Counted from the stretch's first letter, positions 27,383 through 37,640 are shown. The stretch is DNA of 64,000 bases from a virus (IMGVR_UViG_3300032216_001981:18704-82703), one strand, 5' to 3'. Numbers and translations: made by a program. Notes: generated by a model not told the origin, from the sequence alone.

Positions 27383-28791
27383 TTTGTTTTATCTAGTAAC
27401 AATGCTGAAAAATCTTTTGATGATTCCGCCAATGCCGGAGTTCCATTTGTTTGTTGATTTTGTGCTCGCTTATTGGCATAATACTGTTTCATATTGGGAT
27501 CACTGCTTGATAATTTGTAATTTACTTTATTAACTGGCGTTGTGGAGGTTGTACCGACATCCTTGAAACGTTGTGTTGGTAGTATTGCTCCTGGAGTTTT
27601 GCGATCAGGGCTTGTTACTGTGGCTGTACCTTGGGGATTTTTAAACGGAGGGGCAGTTACACTAGGAGTTGAGCTAGTGGGTACATTGTATGCAGTTTTC
27701 GCTTTAGTTGAGGCTGGCGCCGGTGCAACAGTCGGTGCCGCCGGAGGGGTTGTCTGAACCGGTGCAACAGTCGGTGCCGCCGGAGCATTTGCATCCTTGG
27801 GAAATCTGTCATCCACTGGGGCAGTTGCAGCCGGTGCTGTAGTAGCAGTTGTTGGATTGGCAGTGGCCTGTCCACGTGCCACTGCACGACGCCCAACATA
27901 GTCAGGACTGGAAGGAGTAGCCTGTGATTGTGCCTGTTGATCCAACAACGATGCCATGTTCGCATCAACCTGTTTATTATCGGGACCAAACCATTGATTT
28001 CCAAGTTTTTTGTAAGGTGTTGTTTTTCCAGATCGGTCTTTGATTGATACAGAATTCATACCAGTGGGCTGGTCGGCCACGTTACCGACGCCAGCATTGG
28101 CTCCCCGTTTAACTGCATTGGCGATTCCTGATGCTACATTGCCGACAGCATTGCCAATTTTAGTGCCTAGACTGTTGGTACTTTGTGGTGTTGTTGCCGG
28201 AGCTTGAGTTGCTTGAGCTTGGGTTTGAGCTTGGGCTCCTCTTGCTTGAGCCAATTGTGCTTGCAAACCGCTGATGGCAGTTTTATGTTGATCAATTTGA
28301 TTTTCAATTGATGCAGCATCTACCCCTGCACTCGATGCCGAAGTGTTAGATGCAGTTGCGGTGGGTTGTGCAACAGGATCTTGTTTAAAAACTTTACCTA
28401 ATTTATCTGCTGGCTCCCCACCTACAGCGTTGGCTCCGGTGTTGAATCCCTTTGAGGCGGCACGAGCAACACCGGTGGTGGCACCTCCGGCCACAGCACC
28501 AGCTCCACCGGCGACATCTCCGGCCACTGTTGCGGCTGCTTTTCCTAGGCCTTTTGCTCCGCTTTTAACAGCATTGTAAGCACCAGCCACTGGTCTAGCC
28601 ACCATTTGATTGCCAAGTGCTTTGCCAGCACCACCAATGGCACTGGCGGCACCGGCCACAGCATCGCCAGTTTTGTTTACGTTCTTAGTAAACTTTTGAG
28701 CACCCTTGGTTATTTTTTTAGCACCTTTTTGGATATCATTAAATCCAAACTCATCTAACTGCTGTTCGTTTACAATGTCATTAATCTTCAC
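27379..28791 (-). CDS. Ala/Gly/Pro/Thr-rich low-complexity protein, probably head-internal
   Basis: Start moved to GTG 28791 (SD AAAAGG, 8 nt) giving MKINDIVNEQQLDE. Confidence 0.65.
   Translation of the reverse strand: MKINDIVNEQQLDEFGFNDIQKGAKKITKGAQKFTKNVNKTGDAVAGAASAIGGAGKALGNQMVARPVAGAYNAVKSGAKGLGKAAATVAGDVAGGAGAVAGGATTGVARAASKGFNTGANAVGGEPADKLGKVFKQDPVAQPTATASNTSASSAGVDAASIENQIDQHKTAISGLQAQLAQARGAQAQTQAQATQAPATTPQSTNSLGTKIGNAVGNVASGIANAVKRGANAGVGNVADQPTGMNSVSIKDRSGKTTPYKKLGNQWFGPDNKQVDANMASLLDQQAQSQATPSSPDYVGRRAVARGQATANPTTATTAPAATAPVDDRFPKDANAPAAPTVAPVQTTPPAAPTVAPAPASTKAKTAYNVPTSSTPSVTAPPFKNPQGTATVTSPDRKTPGAILPTQRFKDVGTTSTTPVNKVNYKLSSSDPNMKQYYANKRAQNQQTNGTPALAESSKDFSALLLDKTK
27720..27785. 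repeat. 27-bp direct repeat, 39-bp period (PAAPTVAP x2)
   Basis: ccggtgcaacagtcggtgccgccggag at 27720-27746 and 27759-27785. Confidence 0.9.
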
Positions 28792-29050
28792 GATTTTCAC
28801 CTTTTAGTCGTCTTACACCACGGATAAATTTATTGGGATCTTGACTGCGGATACTGTTTAACAAGCGATTTTCCAACTGCTGTGCTGTTTCATCGTCGTA
28901 GTTTTCTCGTATGTAATTGATTAGATTCACAGCACCTGCAATAATGTTACTGGCACGTGATTCTACAAGATTTTCTCGATCACGATGCACCAACATGCTG
29001 TCTAGTTCATCTAAGATACTACGGGATCTCTTTTGCAAGACTTGCTCCAA
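28781..29050 (-). CDS. Small helical hypothetical protein
   Basis: 89 aa; ATAAATA box upstream near 29062. Confidence 0.7.
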   Translation of the reverse strand: MEQVLQKRSRSILDELDSMLVHRDRENLVESRASNIIAGAVNLINYIRENYDDETAQQLENRLLNSIRSQDPNKFIRGVRRLKGENRED

Positions 29051-29072
29051 TTTATGTTATATTTATGTGGAG

Positions 29073-30515
29073 TTAATCCGTTTTGGCTTTTAACCCAGCC
29101 AACATGCTTTTGAGTCTACTGCTGTCCACTGTGGCTGAGGGTGGTGGACCAGCATCCTTGTCAATGCTAAATCCCGACTTGGCTTTAACATCAAATTGAT
29201 TAACTGTGGTGGTGGTTTTGATTTGATCCATGATTGAGGCCATTCTAGGTGGTCCGCCGCCACCTGTGTAACTTTCTTGTCCTTCTTCTCCCGGATCAGT
29301 GATACGCATGGTTTCTATGTTGTATTCTAAATCAATTTTATGTCCAACACCGGTTGAGCTACGCGACTTCATACACTGAATTTGATAACGCCCACGCTCT
29401 CGCATGGCTCGGCTGGTAAAGATACCAAACACGTTATCAGCAGTGTTGATCTTTGAAATACCTCCTGCAATGTGACTGTGGTCAAACTCTATTTCTTCCA
29501 CTGCACTTCTATTCAACTGACTTGCTGTCACAAACAACACATTGAGTTCTTTGGCTAGATTACGCAGTTCTTCCGCCACATACTTGTCTTTGATGAACTG
29601 GTCATTGGGATTCACCTTGACCGATACCGGCATCACCAAGTCCAAGTAGTCGCACATGACAAAGTCCACTTTATTACCGGTTTGTATTTGATACTCTTTG
29701 ATGAAACTGCGAATGTCATTCACTGTGCTCTGTGCTGGCAGGGCTTTGATTCTATAGGCTCCGGCTTTTTTGCCCACCATCTTGACCTTGAGTGTAGTGG
29801 TGTCTATGTCCTTGCGTATGTCTTTTGTACCTGTGCTGGTCAACATGGCATCGGTTCTCAAAGCACACAGTTCTTCTGACAGTTCCAAACTGATGTACAC
29901 ACCTGATAAGCCGGCCTGCAACCACGACAGTGCTATGTTCATCATGACCAAGCTCTTGCCCGAACCCGAACCTCCAGCAAATATGTTTAGTTCACCTCTG
30001 CTCATGCCACCATAGAGAATCTTGTCCATGGTGGGCCATCCGGTTGACACTTGTCCGCCCGAGTTGTAATACCTATCAATACGTGACTTGGGATCTGAAA
30101 AGTAGTCTGTGCCCAAGTCTTTGGTTAAACTTATTTGCACTGCATCTTTGATCAATTTCTCCACAGGATCGTAGTCGCCCTTTTCCAACAGGTCTGCTGA
30201 TTTTAAAATGGCACGTTCCAGTTCCATCCTGCGTGTAAAACCTTCAAATTCCATCATGAACCAGTCGTGATGTCCCGCCACTGTGTCAGGTAAGGGTTTT
30301 AATTCCACTCCGGTCACTGCGTGAATCTGTTCAAGTGTGGGCAATGTTTTATAATCGTTTGAGTGTGTTCTAACGAACTCGGCCACAGCACGTAGGCTTC
30401 GATCAAAGTTTTCAGGGTTATAAATGTTTTGTACTCTGACGTAACTCTGTGCATCGGTCAACATCATTTCCAAAAACAATCGTTGTATCTCGGGGCTGTA
30501 TTCTTTTGTTGTCAT
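29073..30515 (-). CDS. Replicative DnaB-like helicase (T4 gp41-like)
   Basis: AGGSGSGKS Walker A, SLELSE, CDYLD, TASQLNR, KSRSS. Confidence 0.93.
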   Translation of the reverse strand: MTTKEYSPEIQRLFLEMMLTDAQSYVRVQNIYNPENFDRSLRAVAEFVRTHSNDYKTLPTLEQIHAVTGVELKPLPDTVAGHHDWFMMEFEGFTRRMELERAILKSADLLEKGDYDPVEKLIKDAVQISLTKDLGTDYFSDPKSRIDRYYNSGGQVSTGWPTMDKILYGGMSRGELNIFAGGSGSGKSLVMMNIALSWLQAGLSGVYISLELSEELCALRTDAMLTSTGTKDIRKDIDTTTLKVKMVGKKAGAYRIKALPAQSTVNDIRSFIKEYQIQTGNKVDFVMCDYLDLVMPVSVKVNPNDQFIKDKYVAEELRNLAKELNVLFVTASQLNRSAVEEIEFDHSHIAGGISKINTADNVFGIFTSRAMRERGRYQIQCMKSRSSTGVGHKIDLEYNIETMRITDPGEEGQESYTGGGGPPRMASIMDQIKTTTTVNQFDVKAKSGFSIDKDAGPPPSATVDSSRLKSMLAGLKAKTD

Positions 30516-30519
30516 ATTG

Positions 30520-31551
30520 TTAATTATATAATCTTTTCTTTAGTAATTCAATTTTTAATCTACTGGTTTGTTTGCCTGCTAATATTGATTTCAATGCAAA
30601 TAACTTGCCATACTGTTGTACTGCTGCACCAACATCTTTACATTCGCGTTGCCATTCGGGATAGCTCACTGCCCATCCATACTCCAATGCAGCATCAACC
30701 AAGCGTGAGCCTGCACGGTCAGCATCCGGAACTACTATAACTTCACGTGCCAAGCTGTCAATGATGTCGGCCTGTTGCTCACTGACTTCATTGCCCAACA
30801 CTGCCACACCATCAATGGCCATGGCATCAAACGGTCCTTCACACACTATGACAAACTTACTCCCAGCCTGCTGTTGATCTACATTGAACACATAGCCGGG
30901 TTCATGACTGTTGTGGTATTTGGGTCGAACATCATCTGATACTGCACGGGCAGTATAGCCAATGATCTCGTTTTGCCAAGTGAACGGGATTACGACCCGA
31001 CGATGTAGGTTGTTGTGTGTAGCCGGAGTCCACATTAAATTGTATTTAATCAAGTCAATCCGTCTACTGGCACTGTACATCACAGCCGCATGAAACTCCT
31101 TTGGCACCGCAGAATCTTTCAGTGTGTACCACGATTCCCAGGCTGTGAAGTTCTGTGCCGATTCTGGCAAAGGTCTTGGCTTAAAGTTGATGGGTTCTGC
31201 CGATTCCACCTTCACCAGTTGTTCGGGTGCTGTCAATTCTCTAATACGTATGGCATCAATCACCAAGCGTTTTACAGTATTTTCATCAGCACCCAACCAA
31301 GTTAATAATTTTCTAAACTTGTAAGTTAAATGCCGGCCGGGTTGGTAAGATGCTCGAAAATTGCAGTTAAAACAGGAATATGATACAGCACCATCGGGAT
31401 TGACAATGACTCCGCCACGACCTCTAGTGTCGGCACTTTCACCCGAATGTGGGCAACAAACAGCATTGAATGACGTCCACCCAGTGGTGGCATTGGTTCT
31501 ACGTCGAGCGGGCAACAACTGAGTTAGGGCGAGTACAATAGAATTTGACAT
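30520..31551 (-). CDS. DNA primase (T4 gp61-like)
   Basis: Zn ribbon CCPH...CFNC, TOPRIM VCEGPFDA and PDADRAG. Confidence 0.92.
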   Translation of the reverse strand: MSNSIVLALTQLLPARRRTNATTGWTSFNAVCCPHSGESADTRGRGGVIVNPDGAVSYSCFNCNFRASYQPGRHLTYKFRKLLTWLGADENTVKRLVIDAIRIRELTAPEQLVKVESAEPINFKPRPLPESAQNFTAWESWYTLKDSAVPKEFHAAVMYSASRRIDLIKYNLMWTPATHNNLHRRVVIPFTWQNEIIGYTARAVSDDVRPKYHNSHEPGYVFNVDQQQAGSKFVIVCEGPFDAMAIDGVAVLGNEVSEQQADIIDSLAREVIVVPDADRAGSRLVDAALEYGWAVSYPEWQRECKDVGAAVQQYGKLFALKSILAGKQTSRLKIELLKKRLYN

Positions 31552-31559
31552 TGTGTTAC

Positions 31560-31588
31560 AGTATACGCTACTGCTGTCACAATGTCAA
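31560..31588 (-). promoter_or_regulatory. Sigma70 promoter for primase-helicase (near-leaderless)
   Basis: TTGACA-17 nt-TATACT, 8 nt upstream of ATG. Confidence 0.8.
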
Positions 31589-31619
31589 AAGTTTTGATAA
31601 CAATACTGCTGTTATTGGA

Positions 31620-32312
31620 TTATAACGGAACTTCTTCCCACATGATAGACGAAGTGGCTGAATGAGCAGCAGGAGTAGTAGTTGCCATCAAAGTCAACAC
31701 AGCGTTGGGCGGAACAATGATGTGTCCGTCAAAGTTTTCTACAAAACCCATCAATTGAGTTTGCATACCAGCAGCAGTTGCAACAAATGATGCGTTGGTT
31801 GCAGAACCACCGCCCAATGCAGAACCAAATGCCACTGCCAAAGTACCAGTCATACCAGTTAGTGCTGTATTAAGTGGAATATAACGTCCCTGTGCACCAG
31901 AAGCTACAAGAGTTTTCATGTTAAGTGGTTGAGCACCAGTTGAGATTGGACCTGCCAGAGCCGATACCATCCAAACATACGGACCAGCACCAGTGGCTGT
32001 CAATGCAGTCATGGTCACTGCCAATGTGGCCTGTAACAACACACAGTTTACAGTGGAACCCGACGGGTTATATAAAGTAGCCAGTGGAGTTGCAGTGGCA
32101 CCAGTTGTGGCTGAGGTAAAAGTTGCCGCGTTGATCGCAGTTGTTGTTGTACCGCCTTTGTATAAAGAACCACGATATGCTTGTTCATAAAATCTACCGT
32201 GTAGCTCAGAAACAATAAGGTCACCCAATTGTCCTGCTCTAGCCGGTGCTTGTAAACCAGCTGAAATACTTGTTGTGGTAGCGATTGGACCTACCTGATT
32301 TTGAATTAACAT
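31620..32312 (-). CDS. Putative structural protein (Thr/Ala-rich)
   Basis: Strong SD AAGGAG; late promoter upstream. Confidence 0.6.
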   Translation of the reverse strand: MLIQNQVGPIATTTSISAGLQAPARAGQLGDLIVSELHGRFYEQAYRGSLYKGGTTTTAINAATFTSATTGATATPLATLYNPSGSTVNCVLLQATLAVTMTALTATGAGPYVWMVSALAGPISTGAQPLNMKTLVASGAQGRYIPLNTALTGMTGTLAVAFGSALGGGSATNASFVATAAGMQTQLMGFVENFDGHIIVPPNAVLTLMATTTPAAHSATSSIMWEEVPL

Positions 32313-32363
32313 CTTTTAAATCTCCTTAAATTTTTAATGTAATTGACTTACAATTCTTAACTG

Positions 32364-32371
32364 TATTTATA
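32364..32371 (-). promoter_or_regulatory. Late promoter TATAAATA
   Basis: Exact octamer in the intergenic gap. Confidence 0.7.
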
Positions 32372-32394
32372 CATTTGGTATTTTATCAAATGGT

Positions 32395-33756
32395 TTACTG
32401 CTGTTGACCAAACAATGACGCATCATTACGCATGTCTTTGGGTTCATCGCCATATGTAAACATTGGTAAATTACCAGCTGTGTTTATACCATTCAACTGT
32501 CCGGCCAAGATTCTTGGTAACTCGTATATCTGTTGGTTCAATATCTTTAATTCTTGTAGCACCAGTGCCAATATTTCAATCTGTGACTGTCCTTCATATT
32601 GGCTAGTGTCTTGCACAGTTAACGCAACTTGATTGATGTAACCGGTGGCACTAATCGGAGCATTACCTGTTGTTGCAGAGCCTATTGCGGCGTTGCTGGT
32701 TGGTATTGTTCTGTTGGCTATGATCAAGTCGCCCAACATGGTGGATGACAGTCGTCTTGCGGCACCTGCGGGGTCTATGCCGCCTGTGATCAATGGGAAA
32801 CTTGTTGCGGCTGGTGCGGAACCAACTGCAACAACACCGCCGACTGAAAGTGAACCAACGGTATCTGTTAATAATCTACGAGCTAACCCTCCTGAATCAG
32901 CCCCACCAACAATCAACGGTACGTTGGTTGTTGCACTACCTGTAGCAACCGGAGCAACACCACCGATTGCAACCAAATTTTGACCTGTCAGTTGTGCTGG
33001 CGTGTTTCTTAATACATAAGTAAATTGACCACCGGTAGTGGCAGTGATTCTGGCAAATCTAGCCAAAACAGGAATTGTATAAGTTGTACTTGCAACAAAT
33101 GTTGTAGTGTAAGCACCTGTTGCAGTCATCATTGGTGCGTTTACACCAAAAGTCAAACCGTCATTGGAAAATGCAACGCCTCCTGTAGCAGCAAAAGTAG
33201 CGTTGGTTGACAAATGTATGGTTTGATAGCCGGTGGTATCAATAATGTTGACACTACCAATTTGTGCTAGAACTGTCACCGGTTGTGGTGCATCCGATAA
33301 TATAAATGCACCTGATAAATCTTGTTTGATACCTGAGTTTTGTGCTTGTAGCCTGACGTTCAATGGTGAGTTGTTTGATTCATCCATGGCCCATGAAATC
33401 TTGTCCACAGGAGATACAACAGATTGACCACCATCAATCATAAGTGTTACGGATCCAGAAATATTGGTGACGTTGTATCTTAGATACTGTGCCTCTGTAC
33501 GAACTGCGTATAACCCCAAACTGTCAATTTGAGATTTTTGATTCATGGCGTTCATTTCGGTAACCAAACACGGATACCAAACTACTCGATCCAATGAACG
33601 TTCTAAAGTGATAATTCCGCTAAATGTTGATCCGTTTACTTGAATAAGAGCACTATCGTAACCCGTCATGTCTAAGGCGTTACCAGCACCTACAGTGGTT
33701 ACTGTTCCCGAGAACAAGGTTTGATTATCAGGAGAATTTAGTCCAATATAACTCAT
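32395..33756 (-). CDS. Putative tail-fibre-associated structural protein
   Basis: Beta-rich N-terminus, internal PLIxGGxDxxGxARRL repeat x2. Confidence 0.55.
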   Translation of the reverse strand: MSYIGLNSPDNQTLFSGTVTTVGAGNALDMTGYDSALIQVNGSTFSGIITLERSLDRVVWYPCLVTEMNAMNQKSQIDSLGLYAVRTEAQYLRYNVTNISGSVTLMIDGGQSVVSPVDKISWAMDESNNSPLNVRLQAQNSGIKQDLSGAFILSDAPQPVTVLAQIGSVNIIDTTGYQTIHLSTNATFAATGGVAFSNDGLTFGVNAPMMTATGAYTTTFVASTTYTIPVLARFARITATTGGQFTYVLRNTPAQLTGQNLVAIGGVAPVATGSATTNVPLIVGGADSGGLARRLLTDTVGSLSVGGVVAVGSAPAATSFPLITGGIDPAGAARRLSSTMLGDLIIANRTIPTSNAAIGSATTGNAPISATGYINQVALTVQDTSQYEGQSQIEILALVLQELKILNQQIYELPRILAGQLNGINTAGNLPMFTYGDEPKDMRNDASLFGQQQ

Positions 33757-33757
33757 A

Positions 33758-34075
33758 TTAGGTCACCTCAATTACAGAAACAATAACATCCACACTTTGT
33801 GAACTAGATACAGCAATTAAATTGTTGGCTGCTACTATGATTCTACTGGCATCCACCACGTTGAGCGTGGTGCCGGGGAATATGTTTACAGTGCTGACAA
33901 TGTTGGCTCTAGTGGCCCCACTCCACATTGCTATGTTGGCAATGGCTGTGTTTGCTGTGTTATTGGCCACTGTGAGTCCGATTACTGTGGCCTGTATGCC
34001 AGTGGCAGTGGGGTTGTACACAGTGGTATTACCTGTTATATTTGAAGCAAGATAGTTGGTATAATTTATGGCCAT
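33758..34075 (-). CDS. Small beta-sandwich structural protein
   Basis: ATAAATA box 6 nt upstream of ATG (34082-34088); Asn/Val/Thr-rich. Confidence 0.6.
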   Translation of the reverse strand: MAINYTNYLASNITGNTTVYNPTATGIQATVIGLTVANNTANTAIANIAMWSGATRANIVSTVNIFPGTTLNVVDASRIIVAANNLIAVSSSQSVDVIVSVIEVT

Positions 34076-34084
34076 ATAGAGTAT

Positions 34085-37000
34085 TTATGCTATTAAACTT
34101 TGGGCTAGAATGATGCGTTGTATGTCAGTTGCTGTTTGACTGACACCGAATGGTACTGTGAATTGACTGGTTACCGAAGCATTTCCAGCTGAAATGTTAC
34201 CGGTGTATGTGGGTAAAAACTGTGCAACTTGAGTGTTGCCATAACTGCCAGCACCCACTGTTGATAAAATATTAACGCCGTTGGCAAATAGGTAGTTGGG
34301 TGCAACCACATTGCCCGACACAGTGGCATTACCTGTAGCGGCGTTTAATGTTAGTAATGTGGCGTCAAAGTAAGTGTTTCGTGTTCCGTAAATGGCCAAG
34401 TTGTTGACATCAACGGCTGCTATCTTGTACAGTGTATTACTGGCACCCAAATAAGTGAGCACCACAGGGCCATCACTTTGAATGGAAGGTGCTGCAAATA
34501 CGCCACCGGAGCTGAGTGTAGCAACATATGATCCAGTGTTCAACTGCGATAGAGTTTTGTTTGTTATAGATGTTTGTATGCCGGTTATGGTTGAATCTGT
34601 TGGCAAATATGCTGCTACATTGGTGTTGCTGTAAGTTCCTGGCTGTGGATTGGCTGTCAAGTAGCTGGCAACATTGCTGTTACCGTAACTGCCGCCGGCA
34701 GTTAAGTAAGTTAAATTGGCGTAGGTGTAAAAACTGCCCAAGTTGGCATTGATACTGGTGACATTGCTTTGTAAGTTGCCCAACCAAACGTTCTGTCCAG
34801 CCTGTGTTAGGTTGGCGTAAACATAATAAGATCCAATGTTGGCATTGGTTGATTGTATTTGACCAGCTTGAGCAGCAGCATTGGCATTGGCATAGATGTA
34901 GTATGAACCAAGGTTGGCATTGATACTGGTGACATTGCTTTGTAAGTTAGATAACCAGATGTTGGTGGCTATGTAATAACTGCCCACATTGGCCGACAAT
35001 GCAGATATAGTGGCATTGGCAGCATTGATATTGTTGTTGGAGTAGGTGTTGGCCGAAATGATCTTGAGATCTAAATTGGTCAGTGTGGTTTCTTGATTTC
35101 GTGCATTGGCAGTCCAAGCAGTAGTGACAGCATTGATTGAGGTATTGACTGTAACAATGTTGTTGTCTACATAATTTTTCATGCCAATGTTGGCATTGAC
35201 AGTGGCGTTCAATGAGTTTTGTACATTGGCTGCCATGGCAGTGTTTAAATCATTGACATAACCAACCACCGCGGTGTTGGCTGTGACAATTTGATTTGCT
35301 AAACTGCTTACATTGGCAAATAAGTCAAGTCCCTGTACCACAACTGTGTTGGCCACTGTGACTGTGCCAGAGACTCCAACGCCACCGGCCACTGTTAATG
35401 CACCCGAGGTACTACTGTTGCTGATGTTGGTAGAAGTGATACGAACTATGTTGCTTGAGGTAATTCGCATCACTTCGTTGTTGGCGTTACCGCCACCAAC
35501 AACAAATAAAATATCGTTGGCTGTTTGTGTGTTTATAATTAAGTTACCGCCACCGGTCACAGCATTACCAAACACGTTGATATAAGCGTCGTTTGGGCGG
35601 GCAATGGCATAGCCTGGATAATTGTACGTGCTACTGCCTATACCAATATCGATAAAAGTATCGCTGGCATTACCGTTGTCGGCTGTTATAATAAGATCGC
35701 TGGATGCCCGTGCGCCAGAATTAATATTTTGCATATTAATTCCACCGTAATCATTGTAATTTGTAGACACTTGAACTGCAATCTGTGGCTGAACATTGTA
35801 GCCAGTGGAGATTCCAGCATACAAGGCACCAAATCCGTTAGTATCACCAAAGAACTGCCCCGAATTTCCTGTAACTGTTTGATTAGTTACATTACCAATA
35901 AAATTAATATTTCCGGTTACTGTTAAGTTGCCTGATATTGATACATCACCGGCTGCGGTCAATGTGTTGAGTACACCAAGTTGATTGATATTGGGTTGAT
36001 TGGCTGTGGTTATAGTACCCGCAATCAATCCGGTGTAACTAGGCAGGTATGCTGCTACATTGGCGTTGGAATATCTAGCAGCAGTGACCGAAGCCAATAT
36101 AACATTACTGTAGGATAATTCTTTGGTAACAGTGTTGTACACCACCATTATAGTGTTGCCAGCGTCGTAGTAGTTTCTTACAGGATTTACAAAAAATCCA
36201 GATACATTTGCACTAAGTCCTGTTGCATTGGCATTTAATATAATACTGTTGGCAACTTGTGTGGTTGGTCCATTGCTGCCGCCAATTGAAATGGCATTGT
36301 TGCCTTGGCTGGTATAGCCGGTGTTCTGTCCAATTGCAATTGAGTTAGTGCCTTGGTTATTGGTACCAGAATTGTAACCTATGGCAATGGAATATCCACT
36401 TTGATTGATTTGTCCAGAGAAAGTGCCAATGGCCAAATCATAACTGCCCTGTGATGGAGTAAATCCCGGTCCTGCACCTCCGGCATAGTAGCCCCAGGCC
36501 AAAGAACCGTCGGGGGTATCATAAAAACTCGATCCTGAAGGCAGTGTCAGTACACCTGTGGGATTGAAATTCCACAATGCACTACTGGCCCCGATCTGTG
36601 CTGACGTGCCATCAACTCCAACAAAGTTAGCACCGCTGGTGTTGGCCACCCAGGCTTGATCTCCCACTAGAGTAATTATATTTGGCAAGGCCCCAACACC
36701 GGGATAGCCGGGCTGTAGTTGTGTACCATTGGAAAGATTTACATTACCGGAACTGGCTAATACAAGATTTCCACTGCCATTGATTAAACTGTTAAACGAA
36801 AGTGGTGCACCGTTGGCATACAAATAACTGTTGCTTCGCACATTGCCGGCTCGGACTGTAGCAGTGGTTAAGATATTGCTGGTGACATTACCGCTGGCAA
36901 GATACACAGCTACTTGTGTGTTACCGTACGTGCCACCACCTCCACCACCGCTGATTAAATGCCCACCCGGTGTAACACCGTCGTGAATACGAATACTGTT

Positions 37001-37111
37001 TAAATCAGTATCCATCGTTGGTTCGCCCAAGGGACCTGTATAGGCTAAACTACGGGCAGTGGTACCGCGTTTAAGCAGTACTTGGGTTACTTGTACATTG
37101 GCAACAGTCAT
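34085..37111 (-). CDS. Long tail fibre-like protein with Mtd-N-like N-terminus
   Basis: QVLLKRGTT...SIRIHDGVTPGG; YadA-like SIAIG repeats; five Y(G/S)NxxVAx(Y/F)L modules; Asn/Ala coiled coil. Confidence 0.75.
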   Translation of the reverse strand: MTVANVQVTQVLLKRGTTARSLAYTGPLGEPTMDTDLNSIRIHDGVTPGGHLISGGGGGGTYGNTQVAVYLASGNVTSNILTTATVRAGNVRSNSYLYANGAPLSFNSLINGSGNLVLASSGNVNLSNGTQLQPGYPGVGALPNIITLVGDQAWVANTSGANFVGVDGTSAQIGASSALWNFNPTGVLTLPSGSSFYDTPDGSLAWGYYAGGAGPGFTPSQGSYDLAIGTFSGQINQSGYSIAIGYNSGTNNQGTNSIAIGQNTGYTSQGNNAISIGGSNGPTTQVANSIILNANATGLSANVSGFFVNPVRNYYDAGNTIMVVYNTVTKELSYSNVILASVTAARYSNANVAAYLPSYTGLIAGTITTANQPNINQLGVLNTLTAAGDVSISGNLTVTGNINFIGNVTNQTVTGNSGQFFGDTNGFGALYAGISTGYNVQPQIAVQVSTNYNDYGGINMQNINSGARASSDLIITADNGNASDTFIDIGIGSSTYNYPGYAIARPNDAYINVFGNAVTGGGNLIINTQTANDILFVVGGGNANNEVMRITSSNIVRITSTNISNSSTSGALTVAGGVGVSGTVTVANTVVVQGLDLFANVSSLANQIVTANTAVVGYVNDLNTAMAANVQNSLNATVNANIGMKNYVDNNIVTVNTSINAVTTAWTANARNQETTLTNLDLKIISANTYSNNNINAANATISALSANVGSYYIATNIWLSNLQSNVTSINANLGSYYIYANANAAAQAGQIQSTNANIGSYYVYANLTQAGQNVWLGNLQSNVTSINANLGSFYTYANLTYLTAGGSYGNSNVASYLTANPQPGTYSNTNVAAYLPTDSTITGIQTSITNKTLSQLNTGSYVATLSSGGVFAAPSIQSDGPVVLTYLGASNTLYKIAAVDVNNLAIYGTRNTYFDATLLTLNAATGNATVSGNVVAPNYLFANGVNILSTVGAGSYGNTQVAQFLPTYTGNISAGNASVTSQFTVPFGVSQTATDIQRIILAQSLIA
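34742..34948. repeat. Exact 36-bp duplication, 171-bp period, in the fibre gene
   Basis: gttggcattgatactggtgacattgctttgtaagtt at 34742-34777 and 34913-34948. Confidence 0.9.
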
Positions 37112-37605
37112 TAGATGTATCCACCATCAACAACACTTTGATCAATGCCCGGAGCCGGAGCCATGTTGCTCCAGTAGGCCGGCATTATTTCTAAATCTAA
37201 AGGAACTCCGTAATTGTCATCTATGTACAAGGGAGCTTCAGAATTGTCCGAAGTCTTGGTAACTTTAAAAGTCAACTTGTAAAATCTCTGTTCTAGATCA
37301 TCAATCACGGGTTTGGTAAATGTAAATGTACCTTGGCCCCGAGTTATATCACCGAAGGTTACGGGATACGTGGCTACAGTTAGTTGATTCACTGGATCTT
37401 GTATCTGTGCATCCACAGTGTACCCGGTCAAATCCACTGCTTTTTGATCTTGGTTTTTAATTACAATCTGCACTGGGTTGTCTATGCCCTGATAAACTCT
37501 AATGGTTCTTGAATACACAACTCGGTTCCTTGTAGTAAATATGGTGGGATCGAAAATCTGGACCTCTACCATGATAGGATATAAATATGTTTTAATGGTG
37601 ATCAT
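37111..37605 (-). CDS. BppU-like/Ig-fold baseplate-associated protein
   Basis: VYQGIDNPVQIVIKNQDQKAVDLTG pattern. Confidence 0.5.
   Translation of the reverse strand: MITIKTYLYPIMVEVQIFDPTIFTTRNRVVYSRTIRVYQGIDNPVQIVIKNQDQKAVDLTGYTVDAQIQDPVNQLTVATYPVTFGDITRGQGTFTFTKPVIDDLEQRFYKLTFKVTKTSDNSEAPLYIDDNYGVPLDLEIMPAYWSNMAPAPGIDQSVVDGGYI
37580..37587 (+). promoter_or_regulatory. Late promoter TATAAATA for the plus-strand gene
   Basis: Exact octamer; an opposing CTAAATA lies at 37626-37632 on the minus strand. Confidence 0.55.
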
Positions 37606-37640
37606 TCATGATTGCCTTTATAACATATTTAGCGAGAAAC

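Noticed and set aside
2589-37111. Diversity-generating retroelement suggested by Mtd-N-like fibre domains
   Set aside because: No reverse transcriptase and no TR/VR pair with adenine-specific mismatches in the window. The repeats seen are exact, in-frame and intragenic.
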